A stretch of DNA of 64,000 bases from an uncultured Chloroflexia bacterium (GTDB taxonomy: Bacteria > Chloroflexota > Limnocylindria > Limnocylindrales > CSP1-4). The notes beneath the pieces are model-generated. The model was not told the DNA's origin. It searched no databases and worked only from the letters and a program-made list of their open reading frames with translations. The stretch covers positions 29,525 to 93,524 of the forward strand of contig CAWAMH010000002.1 in NCBI GenBank assembly GCA_963783135.1, given 5' to 3'. The position numbers were made by a program, and so were the translations under genes. Positions within the stretch are counted from its first letter, which is position 1, and every line of letters begins with the position of its first letter. Below, piece after piece: positions 9,822-21,463 of this stretch.

Positions 9822-9930
9822 CGCGTCCTTGCTCCTCGTGCCTCCCGTCGAGTTGGCACCCTCAGCGCGGGGCCGGCAGTCGCGCTCCGAGGTCCAAGGC
9901 GGAGCTCCGCGACGCCATTGGCCCGAGGAT

Positions 9931-10395
9931 CTAGCGGATCGTGACGATCGTGTAGGCGAAGTCGCCGGCAGGGACGCGGACGACCACCTTATCGCCCTTC
10001 TTGCGGCCGAGGAGCGCTCGGCCGACGGGCGACTCGTTCGAGATCCGGCCCTCGCGCGGGCTGGCCTCGGTCGAGCCGACGATCGTGAACGTCTCCTTGC
10101 CGTCGTCGCTCTCGACGGACACCGTCGACCCGATCTGGACGTGCTCGGTCGAGTGCTTCTCATCGATGATCGTGGCGTTCTTGATGAGCGCCTCGAGGGT
10201 CTGGATCCGGCCCTCGACGAACGCCTGCTCGTTCTTGGCGTCCTCGTACTCGGCGTTCTCCGACAGATCCCCGTGCTCCTTGGCGTCGTGGATCCGGGTG
10301 GCGACCTCGGCGCGGCGCACGTTGGTCATCTCGTCGAGCTCCGCGCGGAGCTTCTCGAGGCCGTCTCGGCTGAGGTAGGTGGGCTTCGTATTCAC
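9931..10395 (-). CDS. greA: transcription elongation factor GreA
   Basis: 154 aa. LSRDGLEKLRAELDEM...HGDLSENAEYEDAKNEQAFVEGRI...VVRVPAGDFAYTIVTI is classic GreA. Confidence 0.95.
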   Translation of the reverse strand: MNTKPTYLSRDGLEKLRAELDEMTNVRRAEVATRIHDAKEHGDLSENAEYEDAKNEQAFVEGRIQTLEALIKNATIIDEKHSTEHVQIGSTVSVESDDGKETFTIVGSTEASPREGRISNESPVGRALLGRKKGDKVVVRVPAGDFAYTIVTIR

Positions 10396-10508
10396 GCCGG
10401 GTAGACCCCCGTCTGCGACCGTTCGCGACGTCCAGGCTCGGGCCTGGGTAAAGGAAAGAACTCCAGGTGTCCGCGGCTTCCGCGCACCTGAAGTTCGGCC
10501 GGTGGCGA

Positions 10509-10538
10509 ATGGTAGTCCCGCGGGTCCCGGGGTGTCAA
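10509..10538 (-). promoter_or_regulatory. candidate sigma-70-type promoter upstream of greA
   Basis: Minus strand: TTGACA-18 nt-TACCAT (cTTTGACAccccgggacccgcgggacTACCATtcg), about 110 nt upstream of the greA start. Confidence 0.4.
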
Positions 10539-10549
10539 AGCGCCCCGAA

Positions 10550-11017
10550 TCAGCCCTCGGTCAGGCGCAGCAGGCGGCGCTTGATCCGACCCAGCGACGT
10601 GCGATCCGTGAACGCCACGAACAGCGTGTCGTCGCCCGCGACGGACCCGGCGACCTCGGGCCAGCGCGCCCGGTCGAGCGCCGCCGCGATCGCATGGGCC
10701 GAGCCGGGCAGCGTCCGGATGATCAGCAGCAACCCGGCCTCGCGGATCTCGACCGGGAGGTCGTGGAAGAGCTTGCGGAGCCGATCCTCGCCGCTCGTCT
10801 CGGCCTCGATGAGTCGCGGCGGCAGTGCGTACGCGACCGTACCCTCACGGTTGACCTTGATCAGCCCGAGCTCGGCGACATCCCGGCTGATCGTCGCCTG
10901 GGTCGTCTTGAAGCCACGTTCCCGAAGCGCCGCCGCCAGCTCTTGCTGGGTCCGGATCGGGCGCTGGTCGACGAGGTCCCGGATCGAGCGCTGGCGGAGC
11001 TGCTTCATCACCTCCAT
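10550..11017 (-). CDS. argR: arginine repressor ArgR
   Basis: From the internal Met of ORF 10550..11854: MEVMKQLRQRSIRDLVDQRPIRTQQELAAALRERGFKTTQATISRDVAELGLIKV...GDDTLFV. It shows the winged-helix and oligomerisation domain pattern. Confidence 0.9.
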   Translation of the reverse strand: MEVMKQLRQRSIRDLVDQRPIRTQQELAAALRERGFKTTQATISRDVAELGLIKVNREGTVAYALPPRLIEAETSGEDRLRKLFHDLPVEIREAGLLLIIRTLPGSAHAIAAALDRARWPEVAGSVAGDDTLFVAFTDRTSLGRIKRRLLRLTEG

Positions 11018-11027
11018 CGTCGTTCGC

Positions 11028-11854
11028 TCAGCGCAGGACGGCGACGATGACGAGGATCGCCAGCACGATCCGGTAGATGACGAAGATCGCCAGGGTGTTC
11101 GTCCGCAGGTAGCGCAGCAGGAAGTGGATCGCCAGCAAGCCCGGAGATCAGCGCGGCCGTCATGCCGAGGAGCAGCGGCACCAGCTCGAACGACTGCACC
11201 ACCGTCACTCCGGATGAGCTTGATCGCCTCGTAGACGCCAGCGGCGAGCGTGATCGGCGTCGCCATCAGGAAGCTGAACCGCGCCGCCGACTCGCGCGAC
11301 AGCCCGACGAACAACCCGGTCGAGATCGAGATCCCCGACCGGCTGATCCCGGGGATGAGCGCGACCGCCTGGGCGATCCCGACCGTGAGCGCCCGCGGGA
11401 AGGTGAGCCGGTCGAGCTCGCGATCCTTCGGTCCGAGCCGGTCGGCGAGCCACATGATCGCGGCGCCGATGAGCAGGGTGATCGCGACGAGCCCGGCCGA
11501 CCGGACGCTGGTCTCGATGATGTCGTTCAGCAGCGGACCGACGATGAGCGCCGGGATCGTCGTGATCGCGATGAGCCAGGCGAGCCGCCGGTCCGGGTCG
11601 CCGCGGAACGACCGATCGCGGATCGTCGCGAGGCCGGCCGGGACCAGCACGTACCAGTCGCGCCGGAAGTAGACGAGCAGGGCGACGAGCGTGCCCATGT
11701 GGAGCATGACGCTGAACGCGAGCGAGTTGATGAACGAGTCGGTCCAGCCCAGGAGATACGGGACGAGGATGAGGTGCCCGGAACTCGAGATCGGCAGGAA
11801 CTCCGTGAGTCCCTGCACGATCCCCATGACCACGGCCTGGACGATCGTGTCCAT
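11028..11854 (-). CDS. uppP: undecaprenyl-diphosphate phosphatase (two frame breaks in this assembly)
   Basis: MDTIVQAVVMGIVQGLTEFLPISSSGHL...IPGISRSGISI... lies in frame 1 up to AIKLIR. VTVVQSFELVPLLLGMTAALISG is in the frame of ORF 11008..11208. LLAIHFLLRYLRTNTLAIFVIYRIVLAILVIVAVLR-stop is in the third frame (manual translation). Extra bases are inferred at CC 11211-11212 and CCC 11140-11142. Confidence 0.88.
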
Positions 11855-11903
11855 CGATGCTCCCTGGGCGGACGATGACTCGTCCGCCGCGCCGGGATGA
11901 CGG

Positions 11904-14108
<2,205 letters not shown>

Positions 14109-14246
14109 CGGGGTCTGGGCTTCCTCCTGTCACGGGCGATCCCCGATGCGCCACGCGCACACCGCCGCGACGTCGGCGGGACCGGGGAGGGTGCTGGCGG
14201 GGCTGTTCCGGCCTCGACCGGAGCGAAACCTTTCAGGCCGCGGGCG

Positions 14247-14276
14247 AGTGTAACAAGCGGCCGAGAGGCGGGTCAA
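14247..14276 (-). promoter_or_regulatory. candidate promoter upstream of hppA
   Basis: Minus strand: TTGACC-18 nt-TACACT (gtgTTTGACCcgcctctcggccgcttgtTACACTcg), about 140 nt upstream of the hppA ATG. Confidence 0.4.
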
Positions 14277-14310
14277 ACACGGTCACCGACCGAGGATATG
14301 CAGACGGTCG

Positions 14311-16389
14311 TCAGGGCAGCCAGCGGGCGTACGCCCCGTCGGTCGACAACTGACGCAGATCCCGTCCATCGAGATCCGACAGCCAGACCCCGGCCGACCG
14401 GGTCGGGTCGGCGGCGACCACCCGGGCGAACAGGAGCGTGGTGCCGTCCGGCGAGAAGCCCGGCGTGCGGTCGGCCATATCGGCGGTACCGGTCAGGGCG
14501 ACCGGCGGCCGGGCGCCGCTCGCCGTGTACCCGACATGGTCGCCGGTCGGGGCGATGAGCACGGCGATCCCGCCCTGGCTCGCGGCGGCGGCCGGACCGA
14601 CCGCCGGGAACAGGACGCCGGTGGCCGTGCCGTCCGGCTCGATCCGGACGAGACCCGATCCACCGGGCGCCGTGCCGGTGACCATGAACGCCGCCCCGGC
14701 CGGATCCCAGGCGGGCACACCGGTCGGCGCGGTCATCGCGAGCGCCACGGCGATCGGTTCGGGCGCGTCCGGCGCGAGGTTCAGATGGACGACCTGGCCA
14801 TCGGGCGTGACCAGCACGAGCCAGCGCCCGGTCGGGTCGAACGCGGCCCGGCTGGACCAGGACGAGACGCCCGGACCCGCGACCAGGCCATCACCGGGCA
14901 GGCCGATCGAGCCCGGCGGCGGCGCGCCGGTCGGCAGCAGCTGACGGGCGGACCCGGACGCGGTCCCGCCAGCGAGCGGCTCGAGCCACCAGCCGAGGTC
15001 GGCGCCCGCCAGGTCCCGCCGCCCCACGAGCACGCCGGCTCCCGCGGGTGCGAGCGTGGGTGCGTACTCGAGCAGTCCGGTCGGGGTCAGGCTGGTGGCA
15101 TCGGTGCCGTCGAGCTTCGCCTGCCGGATGACACCGCCGGCGGCGTACACGAGCGACCGACCGTCGGACGCGACGTCGTACGCGCTGACCGGGGCGAGCT
15201 CGGTCGTGATCTGGCGCGGGTTCGAACCGTCCGGGTTCATCAGCCACACGTTGCGGATGCCGCCTCGGTCGGACAGGAACGCGATCTGGTTCTGGGCACT
15301 CGTCGTCTGACCGCCGGTCGTGAACGTCCACGTCCGACCGGCGGCGACCTGGCCGGGGTCACCGGCGCGTTGGACGATCGGCGCCAGCTCGACCGTGTAG
15401 GTGGTGTGCTGCGCGAGCGGGCTCGACGGGGTGAACAGGAGGACCGTACCGGGACCGGGCGACGGCACCGGGACCGGCGAGCTCGGGTCGGCCGACGGTG
15501 ACCCGGCCGCAGGTGCATCGCTGGTCCGCTCCACGATCCGCGTCTCGCCGCCGATCTCCGGGGTGATCCGGATCGCGCCATCGACCGACGCCGGGTCGAT
15601 CGGGCCATCGAACATCACCGCGATCGGCGTCCGGACGCCGATCCCGGCGACGCCATCTGCCGGGACGACGGCGTCGACCCCGAGACCCGCGGCCACGGTC
15701 GTGAAGGCGCCGCTGTACGGGGCCGCGAGGTGGCTGCCGTCGGTGTCGGCGGCCGCGCTCCCGACCGTCACGGTGTAGCCCGTCCCGAAGGCGAGTGGTC
15801 GGTCGAAGGCGAGCGTGAGCGATGGGCCGCTCCAGCTGGCCCGGTACGGCGTGGCCGGCGCGATGGCGAGCGCGGCTTCGACCGACGAGGTGTCCATCAG
15901 GCGATCGAACACGAGCTCGACGTTCGAGTCGGCGGTGACGCCGGCCGTCCCCGTCGCCGGGACCATCGACAGCACGACGGGCGGCCCGACCGTGCGGAAC
16001 TCGAACGGGGCGGCCGGATCCGGCGCCGGGTTGCCGGCCGGGTCGGCGAAGCCCGCGCCGACCGTGACCCGGAAGTCCGTCGCCGATGGCAGCTTGCTGG
16101 CCGGCGTGAAGATCGCCGTCGTGTCGCGGTCCCAGCTGAACGTCCCGCTGACGTAGGGCTCGATCCGGAACCGCTGCTCGACCGAGGTCCGGTCGACGGG
16201 CTCGCTGAACGCGAGGTCGATCGCGGTCAGCGTCTGGGCGACATGATCGTCGTCGTGGGCGGTCGCGCTGAGGGTGATCCGGGACACCGTCGGAGGCCGC
16301 CGATCGACCAGCGTGGCGTTGTACAGGACGAGCCCGAGGGCGACCACCGCCAGCACGGCGATGAGGGTCTCGATCCAGCGTCGGGGCAT
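14311..16389 (-). CDS. membrane-anchored protein with bacterial Ig-like repeats and a TolB/PD40-like beta-propeller C-terminus
   Basis: It has an N-terminal TM helix (IETLIAVLAVVALGLVLY). Repeated ~90-aa modules (SEPVDRTSVE...F..P...L...T.Y.V.V) look like SbsA/BIg domains. These are followed by IAFLSDRGGIRNVWLMNPDGSNPRQIT... and FSPDGTTLLFAR, which are PD40-type repeats. Confidence 0.75.
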   Translation of the reverse strand: MPRRWIETLIAVLAVVALGLVLYNATLVDRRPPTVSRITLSATAHDDDHVAQTLTAIDLAFSEPVDRTSVEQRFRIEPYVSGTFSWDRDTTAIFTPASKLPSATDFRVTVGAGFADPAGNPAPDPAAPFEFRTVGPPVVLSMVPATGTAGVTADSNVELVFDRLMDTSSVEAALAIAPATPYRASWSGPSLTLAFDRPLAFGTGYTVTVGSAAADTDGSHLAAPYSGAFTTVAAGLGVDAVVPADGVAGIGVRTPIAVMFDGPIDPASVDGAIRITPEIGGETRIVERTSDAPAAGSPSADPSSPVPVPSPGPGTVLLFTPSSPLAQHTTYTVELAPIVQRAGDPGQVAAGRTWTFTTGGQTTSAQNQIAFLSDRGGIRNVWLMNPDGSNPRQITTELAPVSAYDVASDGRSLVYAAGGVIRQAKLDGTDATSLTPTGLLEYAPTLAPAGAGVLVGRRDLAGADLGWWLEPLAGGTASGSARQLLPTGAPPPGSIGLPGDGLVAGPGVSSWSSRAAFDPTGRWLVLVTPDGQVVHLNLAPDAPEPIAVALAMTAPTGVPAWDPAGAAFMVTGTAPGGSGLVRIEPDGTATGVLFPAVGPAAAASQGGIAVLIAPTGDHVGYTASGARPPVALTGTADMADRTPGFSPDGTTLLFARVVAADPTRSAGVWLSDLDGRDLRQLSTDGAYARWLP

Positions 16390-16459
16390 CGGCTCACCGC
16401 CCGCGGCGGGAGGGGGTCACGGGGCAGGACGATAGCACAGCACCTATACTGCCGGACTT

Positions 16460-17050
16460 GTGAGCCAACGCCCTCTTGGGTGTCTCTTCGAGGTCGTCGA
16501 GACACTTGTCTTGACCCTCATCATCTTCCTCGTCATCCAGAACTTCGTCGCTCAGCCCTACCAGGTCCAGCAGATGTCGATGGAGAACACGCTCCAGCCG
16601 GGCGAGTACGTCCTGGTCGACAAGCTGACCCCCCGGATCGACGACTACAGCCGGGGCGACGTCGTGGTCTTCTCCCCGCCGGAGGGCTACGACCAGGGCG
16701 GCAACACCCCGTTCATCAAGCGGGTCATCGGGCTGCCCGGCGACACGATCTCGGTCCGCGACGGCCAGGTGTACGTGAATGGCAAGCCCCTCGCCGAGTC
16801 GTACACGTACCCCGGGACGCCGCCGAACCAGCCGACCGAAGCGCCGCCGGATCGAACCGACTGGACGATCGCACCGGATGAGCTGTTCGTCCTCGGCGAC
16901 CATCGCGCGGCATCGTCCGATTCGCGCGTCTTCGGCCCGATCAAGCGCGATTCCGTCATCGGTCGAGCGTGGCTGCGCTACTGGCCGATCGGGGTCTTCG
17001 GCATCCTCCAGACGCCGACCTACCCGGAGCTCCAAGCCGCGACGCCGTGA
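16460..17050 (+). CDS. lepB: signal peptidase I
   Basis: SMENTL (catalytic Ser box), GDVVVF, FIKRVIGLPGD and GDHRAASSDSR boxes are present. Confidence 0.9.
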   Translation: MSQRPLGCLFEVVETLVLTLIIFLVIQNFVAQPYQVQQMSMENTLQPGEYVLVDKLTPRIDDYSRGDVVVFSPPEGYDQGGNTPFIKRVIGLPGDTISVRDGQVYVNGKPLAESYTYPGTPPNQPTEAPPDRTDWTIAPDELFVLGDHRAASSDSRVFGPIKRDSVIGRAWLRYWPIGVFGILQTPTYPELQAATP

Positions 17051-18099
17051 GCGTGTTGCTCGCCATCGCCGCGGTCGTGACCGTCGCCGGAGCGCTGGTG
17101 GCGATCACCGGCCGCGACGCCCGGGTCGCCCTGATCGGGTTGGTCGTGACGATGAGCGCCGCACCGTTCCTGGCCGACCCGCTGCCCGGGCCGGCGGCCC
17201 TCGCGGCGCGGGTCGTCGCCGCGGTGCTCGGCGGGTATCTCCTGTTCGTCGTCCTGCGCGAGACGACGGCCGCGACCCGCGGCTCGCTGGTGGGTCTGCC
17301 GGCCGAGACCCTCGCGGCAGCGGCGGCGTTCGTCGTCGGCTATGGCACGAGCGGGCTCGGAAGCGTCTCCCTCGGTCCGGCCGCCGCCAGCGCCACGGGC
17401 TTCGCCCTCGCGGTCATCGCGGTGGCGCCGATCGTCCGCGGGGCTGACGTCTTCCGGCTGGGCGTGGCGCTCGCGGTGCTGGTCACCGGTGCGGAGCTCG
17501 TCCGCGTCGGCCTGGCCGGGACGCCGCCGCCGCTCGAGCAGCTGATGACCGCGGGTCTGACGATCGGACTGCTGGGGACCGCAGCCGTGCTGTGTGTCAG
17601 TGGCGTCGCGGCGACCGGCGGCCTGGCCCTCCGCAACGAGCCGCGCCGGAGCGCGCTGTTCGAGGCCCACCCGATCACGCCCACGGCCGCGAGCAGCCTC
17701 CGACCGGCCTGGCTGCAACGCCGCCAACGGGTCGACCGACCGGTCGAGCGACCGACCGACGCCCACCGGGTCGCACAGGCCACGCCGAGCGGACCGTCCT
17801 CCGGCCCGGACCCGCGCGCGGTCCCGACGACCCAGGTCGAGCTGTGGCCGCCGGAGGCGGTCGGTCTCGCCGACCGGATCCCGGCCGGTCCCGAACCGCC
17901 CCATGCCCCGATCGCCGACGAGCCGGTGGCACCCCCGGTCGATGACGGGCCACCGTCCGAGGCCGGATCCGCCGCCGTGATCGATGACCGGCCGGAGCCG
18001 CCGACCTCGGACGACGGACCCGAGCCGGACACCGACGATCGACCCGGACCGACGCCCGACGATCGACCCGGACCGACGCCCGACGATCGCGCGCTGTGA
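17047..18099 (+). CDS. polytopic membrane protein with Pro/Asp-rich C-terminal tail
   Basis: A GTG overlaps the lepB stop (GTGA). About 190 aa of Ala/Val/Leu/Gly-rich TM helices are followed by a disordered tail ending in the DDRPGPTPDDRPGPTPDDR repeat. The stop overlaps the next gene's start. Confidence 0.55.
   Translation: MSVLLAIAAVVTVAGALVAITGRDARVALIGLVVTMSAAPFLADPLPGPAALAARVVAAVLGGYLLFVVLRETTAATRGSLVGLPAETLAAAAAFVVGYGTSGLGSVSLGPAAASATGFALAVIAVAPIVRGADVFRLGVALAVLVTGAELVRVGLAGTPPPLEQLMTAGLTIGLLGTAAVLCVSGVAATGGLALRNEPRRSALFEAHPITPTAASSLRPAWLQRRQRVDRPVERPTDAHRVAQATPSGPSSGPDPRAVPTTQVELWPPEAVGLADRIPAGPEPPHAPIADEPVAPPVDDGPPSEAGSAAVIDDRPEPPTSDDGPEPDTDDRPGPTPDDRPGPTPDDRAL
18034..18089 (+). repeat. 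24-nt tandem repeat (about 2.3 copies) encoding DDRPGPTP units
   Basis: gacgatcgacccggaccgacgccc is repeated exactly at 18034-18057 and 18058-18081, with a partial third copy. Confidence 0.9.
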
Positions 18100-19850
18100 G
18101 CCTCATCCCCTTCCTGGCCATCGCATTCGGGATGGCCGCGGCGGCACTCATCGTCCGGCGCTATCGGCGCCTGTCGCTGGCGATCGGGTTGCTCGGCCTG
18201 CTCGCGGCCACGATCGCCGCTCTGGCCATCGTCCCCGGTGATCGGCTGACCATCGGTCCCGGCCGGATCGAGACGACCGACTTCGGACGCCTGTTCGTGG
18301 CCCTGGGCTGCTCGACCGGGCTGATCATCGCGATCGTCGGTCTCGCGACGTCGTACCAACGCAACCTGCCGTCGGCGCTCCTGGGTGGCTTCGGGGCGCT
18401 CGGCCTGGCGCTGTCGATCGGCGACTCGATCATCGCGCTCGTGGCGATCCTGGCCGGAGCGCTCGTCGGCTCGCTCGTGACCCTGACCCGCCCGGTCACC
18501 GCCGGCAACGTCCAGGTCGCCAGCCGCGAGTTCCGGGCGATCGCCGTCGCCGGGGCGATGGCGCTGGTCGGGATGGCCTGGATCGCCCGGCCGCTCGGTG
18601 CCCTGGCCGAGGAACCGACCGTGTTCGGCCTGGCCTACCTGTCGGTCGCCCTCGCCGCGGCCATCCGGTTCGGCGAGATCCCGTTCCACCGATGGGCGGC
18701 GCGCCTGTCCGACTCCGCCCCCGAGATCGCCCTGCCGCTGCTGCTGGCCTGGGCGCCGGCGGGGTTCGCGGTCGTGGCCCTGGCCTGGACCGACCGATCG
18801 ATCGCGCCGTTGCTCCTGCCGCTCGACGTCGAGCGGGCGGTGGTCCTCGCGGTCGGCGTCATGAGCATCACGCTCGGTGCGGTCGGTGCCTGGCTGCAGG
18901 ACGACCTCGAGCACGTCGTCGGCTACTCGATCGTCCAGGACGCCGGGTTCGTCATCCTCGGGCTGGCGGTCCTCGACCCATCGGCGTGGCAGCCGACCCG
19001 GACCTGGATCCTCATCTTCGTCGTGGTCAAGACGGCGTTCGCGGCCTGGGCGGTCGCGGTGCGGACCCGCTACGGCACACGCTCGATCCCCGACCTGGGC
19101 GGTTGGGCCCGTCGGTCGCCGGTCCTCGCCGTCGCGCTCGCGCTCATCGTCCTTGGCACGATCGGCCTCCCGGGCCTGGTCAGCTGGGACGTCCGGACGC
19201 GCCTCATCGACCTCAGCATCTCGGCGGGTCCGATGCGCTGGATCGTACTCATCGGTGGGCTCGCGTCGCTGACCTACTACGGCCGGATCGCGCTGGCCGG
19301 TGCGCGCCAGCCCTCGGCCCGGGTGCTGGCCGGCGCGACCGAGCTGCCGCGACGCCCCGCAGCCGATCCGCCCGGATCGACCGGATCGGGCGCTCCGGTG
19401 GTCGCCGGCGCCGCCGCCCCGGCGACCGCGATCGCAGCCCTCGAGGCACGGGTGCGGGTCGGCTGGCGCGCGAACCGGGCACCGATCGCGTCCGTCGGGG
19501 TGCTGATCCTGGCGATCACGGGCCTCGCGGTCGCGACGGGTGGCCTTGGAGCGTCGGCGGCGGCGGCGGCGCCGGCGCCGGAGCCGGCCCCACCGTCGGA
19601 GACCTTCGTCCCTGGCGAGACCGAGCCACCATCCCCCGGCGCGAGCGAGTCACCCGATCTCACGACGCCGGTCCCATCCGCGAGCCCGGGCGGTTCGACC
19701 GAGCCGAGCCCGACCGAGCCGGGCGGGAGTCCGTCGTCCGGTCCGAGTGCCGAGCCGAGCTCGAGTCCGTCGGAGGGACCGTCAGCCGGTGCGAGCGCGA
19801 GCCCGGCCGGCGAGCCGACGCCGAGTGCCAGTCCCGGCCCGTCCTCCTGA
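18096..19850 (+). CDS. NuoN/MnhD-like proton-conducting membrane transporter family protein with Pro/Ser-rich tail
   Basis: About 14 predicted TM helices. A degenerate antiporter-subunit motif is present (IRFGEIPFHRWAARLSDSAPEIALPLLL, compare PFH.W.PD.YEGAP), along with HVVGYSIVQDAGFVILGL. The C-terminal 100 aa are P/S/E-rich. Confidence 0.7.
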   Translation: MSLIPFLAIAFGMAAAALIVRRYRRLSLAIGLLGLLAATIAALAIVPGDRLTIGPGRIETTDFGRLFVALGCSTGLIIAIVGLATSYQRNLPSALLGGFGALGLALSIGDSIIALVAILAGALVGSLVTLTRPVTAGNVQVASREFRAIAVAGAMALVGMAWIARPLGALAEEPTVFGLAYLSVALAAAIRFGEIPFHRWAARLSDSAPEIALPLLLAWAPAGFAVVALAWTDRSIAPLLLPLDVERAVVLAVGVMSITLGAVGAWLQDDLEHVVGYSIVQDAGFVILGLAVLDPSAWQPTRTWILIFVVVKTAFAAWAVAVRTRYGTRSIPDLGGWARRSPVLAVALALIVLGTIGLPGLVSWDVRTRLIDLSISAGPMRWIVLIGGLASLTYYGRIALAGARQPSARVLAGATELPRRPAADPPGSTGSGAPVVAGAAAPATAIAALEARVRVGWRANRAPIASVGVLILAITGLAVATGGLGASAAAAAPAPEPAPPSETFVPGETEPPSPGASESPDLTTPVPSASPGGSTEPSPTEPGGSPSSGPSAEPSSSPSEGPSAGASASPAGEPTPSASPGPSS

Positions 19851-19907
19851 TCTTCTCCGGCGGGACGGCGGCCGGCCAGCGTTGCCGGGCGGGACCCGGG
19901 CCGGAGG

Positions 19908-20369
19908 TCAGTCGTCGGGAGCGAGGGCCCAGCGATCGATATCGCGCTCGTAGTCGACCAGCTCGCCGGGTCCGAACCACAGCGCGAGCTCGGCGGCGGC
20001 GGTCTCGGGACCGTCGGAGGCGTGGATGAGGTTCTGGGCGGTCTCGAGGGCGAAGTCGCCTCGGATCGTGCCGGGGGTCGCCTCGTTCGGCCGGGTCGCC
20101 CCGACCATCGAGCGCACGACGGCGATCGCGTTCGGCCCGTCGACCGCGAAGGCGACGAGCGGGCTCGACGTGATGAAGTCGACGAGCGAGCCGAAGAACG
20201 GCCGCTCGCGATGGATCGCGTAGTGCTGCTCGGCCAGCTCGCGACTGACCTGGACGAGCTTCAGCCCGACGAGCTTCAGCCCGCGGTCCTCGAACCGGCT
20301 GAGGATCCGGCCGATGAGCAGCCGCTGGACGCCGTCGGGCTTGATGAGGACGAGGGTGCGTTCGGTCAC
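19908..20369 (-). CDS. ndk: nucleoside-diphosphate kinase
   Basis: [14 protein letters not shown]...[17 protein letters not shown]...NLIHASD. Confidence 0.95.
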   Translation of the reverse strand: MTERTLVLIKPDGVQRLLIGRILSRFEDRGLKLVGLKLVQVSRELAEQHYAIHRERPFFGSLVDFITSSPLVAFAVDGPNAIAVVRSMVGATRPNEATPGTIRGDFALETAQNLIHASDGPETAAAELALWFGPGELVDYERDIDRWALAPDD

Positions 20370-20429
20370 GGGTTCAAGGTCCTGTGCGGTGGGGTGCTTG
20401 CGGGATAAGGATAGCGGGCGAGGTCCCCG

Positions 20430-21461
20430 TCAGGACTCCGGCTCGCCTCCGTCGGCGGCGACGTCCGACTCGGGCTGGGCCGCCGGCTGGGGATCGCCGG
20501 TCGGTCGGCGCACGGCGGCGGCGGCGAACGATCGGCGTGCCTGCGACTCGCGTCCGACCAGCCGCAGCGCATCGCCCCGGACGAGGTCGAACTCGGGGCC
20601 GGGCTCGGCGGCGGCGAGGTCGAGCACCGCCGGGGCCAGCGACGGGGCGAGTCGCAGGACGATCGACAGGCGGATCGCGGCGCCCGACCGGTCCCCGGCG
20701 GCCAGCGCCGTTCGGGCGGCGGCCAGCTCGCTCTGTGGATCCGGCATCGGCTCACCGGCGTCCCGACCGGCCTCGGCCGCAGCCATCGGGACCGCCACTT
20801 CGATCGGCCCTGTGGAGGGCGAGGCGGGCGCGGGCGACCCGGGGGCGGGCGACCCGGCGGCGGTCCCCCCGGCGATCGGTCCCGCGCCGGCGACCGCCGC
20901 GACCGACGCGACCGGTGCCCCGATCGGCGGGCCAGCTGCCGGCAGCCCGCCGGATGCTGTCGATACCGTCACGGTCGCGCCGTTCGCGGGGCCGGGGGGC
21001 ACCCGCTCCACCTGGCGCTTCGGCCAGACGTCGCTCCGTGGCATCCCGGCGAAGACGGGATCGATCGCGCCATCCACCATCTCGAGCGCGCGAGCGGCCA
21101 GCCGTCGAGCCTCGCCGGGCCGCCCGAGCGCGGCGGTCGCCTCTGCCGCCACGACCAGTGCGATCAGCGCGATCCGTCCGCCGGCGATGTACGCAGCGGC
21201 GGCCTCTCCCGCCCCGGTCAGGTCATCGGTCCGCCAGCGCACCTCGGCGAGGTCGAGCAGCGCCTCGTCGTCGAGCGCGCCGGCCCCGGCCAGGGTCTCG
21301 AGCTCGGCCCGCGCGAGGCCGAGGGATCCGGTCCGCAGGTGGAGGCGCGCGAGGCGCAGCTCGGACGCCCGCTCGGTCGGCTCGATGGGCTCGGCCGGCT
21401 CGGTCGTGGCCTCCGCCTCGAGGCCGTCCGGGGGCTCCGCGGTCGGGCTCGAAGGCGACAT
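20430..21461 (-). CDS. hypothetical protein (helical/TPR-like ends around an Ala/Gly/Pro-rich centre)
   Basis: Internal Met of ORF 20430..22013, 2 nt after the M16 peptidase stop. MSPSSPTAEPPDGLEAE...RLARLHLRTGSLGLARAELETL... The region upstream of this Met is Arg-rich junk. Confidence 0.5.
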   Translation of the reverse strand: MSPSSPTAEPPDGLEAEATTEPAEPIEPTERASELRLARLHLRTGSLGLARAELETLAGAGALDDEALLDLAEVRWRTDDLTGAGEAAAAYIAGGRIALIALVVAAEATAALGRPGEARRLAARALEMVDGAIDPVFAGMPRSDVWPKRQVERVPPGPANGATVTVSTASGGLPAAGPPIGAPVASVAAVAGAGPIAGGTAAGSPAPGSPAPASPSTGPIEVAVPMAAAEAGRDAGEPMPDPQSELAAARTALAAGDRSGAAIRLSIVLRLAPSLAPAVLDLAAAEPGPEFDLVRGDALRLVGRESQARRSFAAAAVRRPTGDPQPAAQPESDVAADGGEPES

Positions 21462-21463
21462 CG

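Noticed and set aside
9822-9930. A T-box leader upstream of lysK.
   Set aside because: The gap is only 109 nt and has no T-box consensus or specifier-loop architecture.
9822-10163. The N-terminal extension of the lysK ORF overlapping greA.
   Set aside because: The extension is Arg/Ser-rich junk. The canonical LysRS N-terminus starts at Met 9821, and greA occupies the region.
16445-16450. A TATACT -10 hexamer 9 nt upstream of the lepB GTG (near-leaderless promoter).
   Set aside because: No acceptable -35 or extended -10 element accompanies it. It is left as unsupported.
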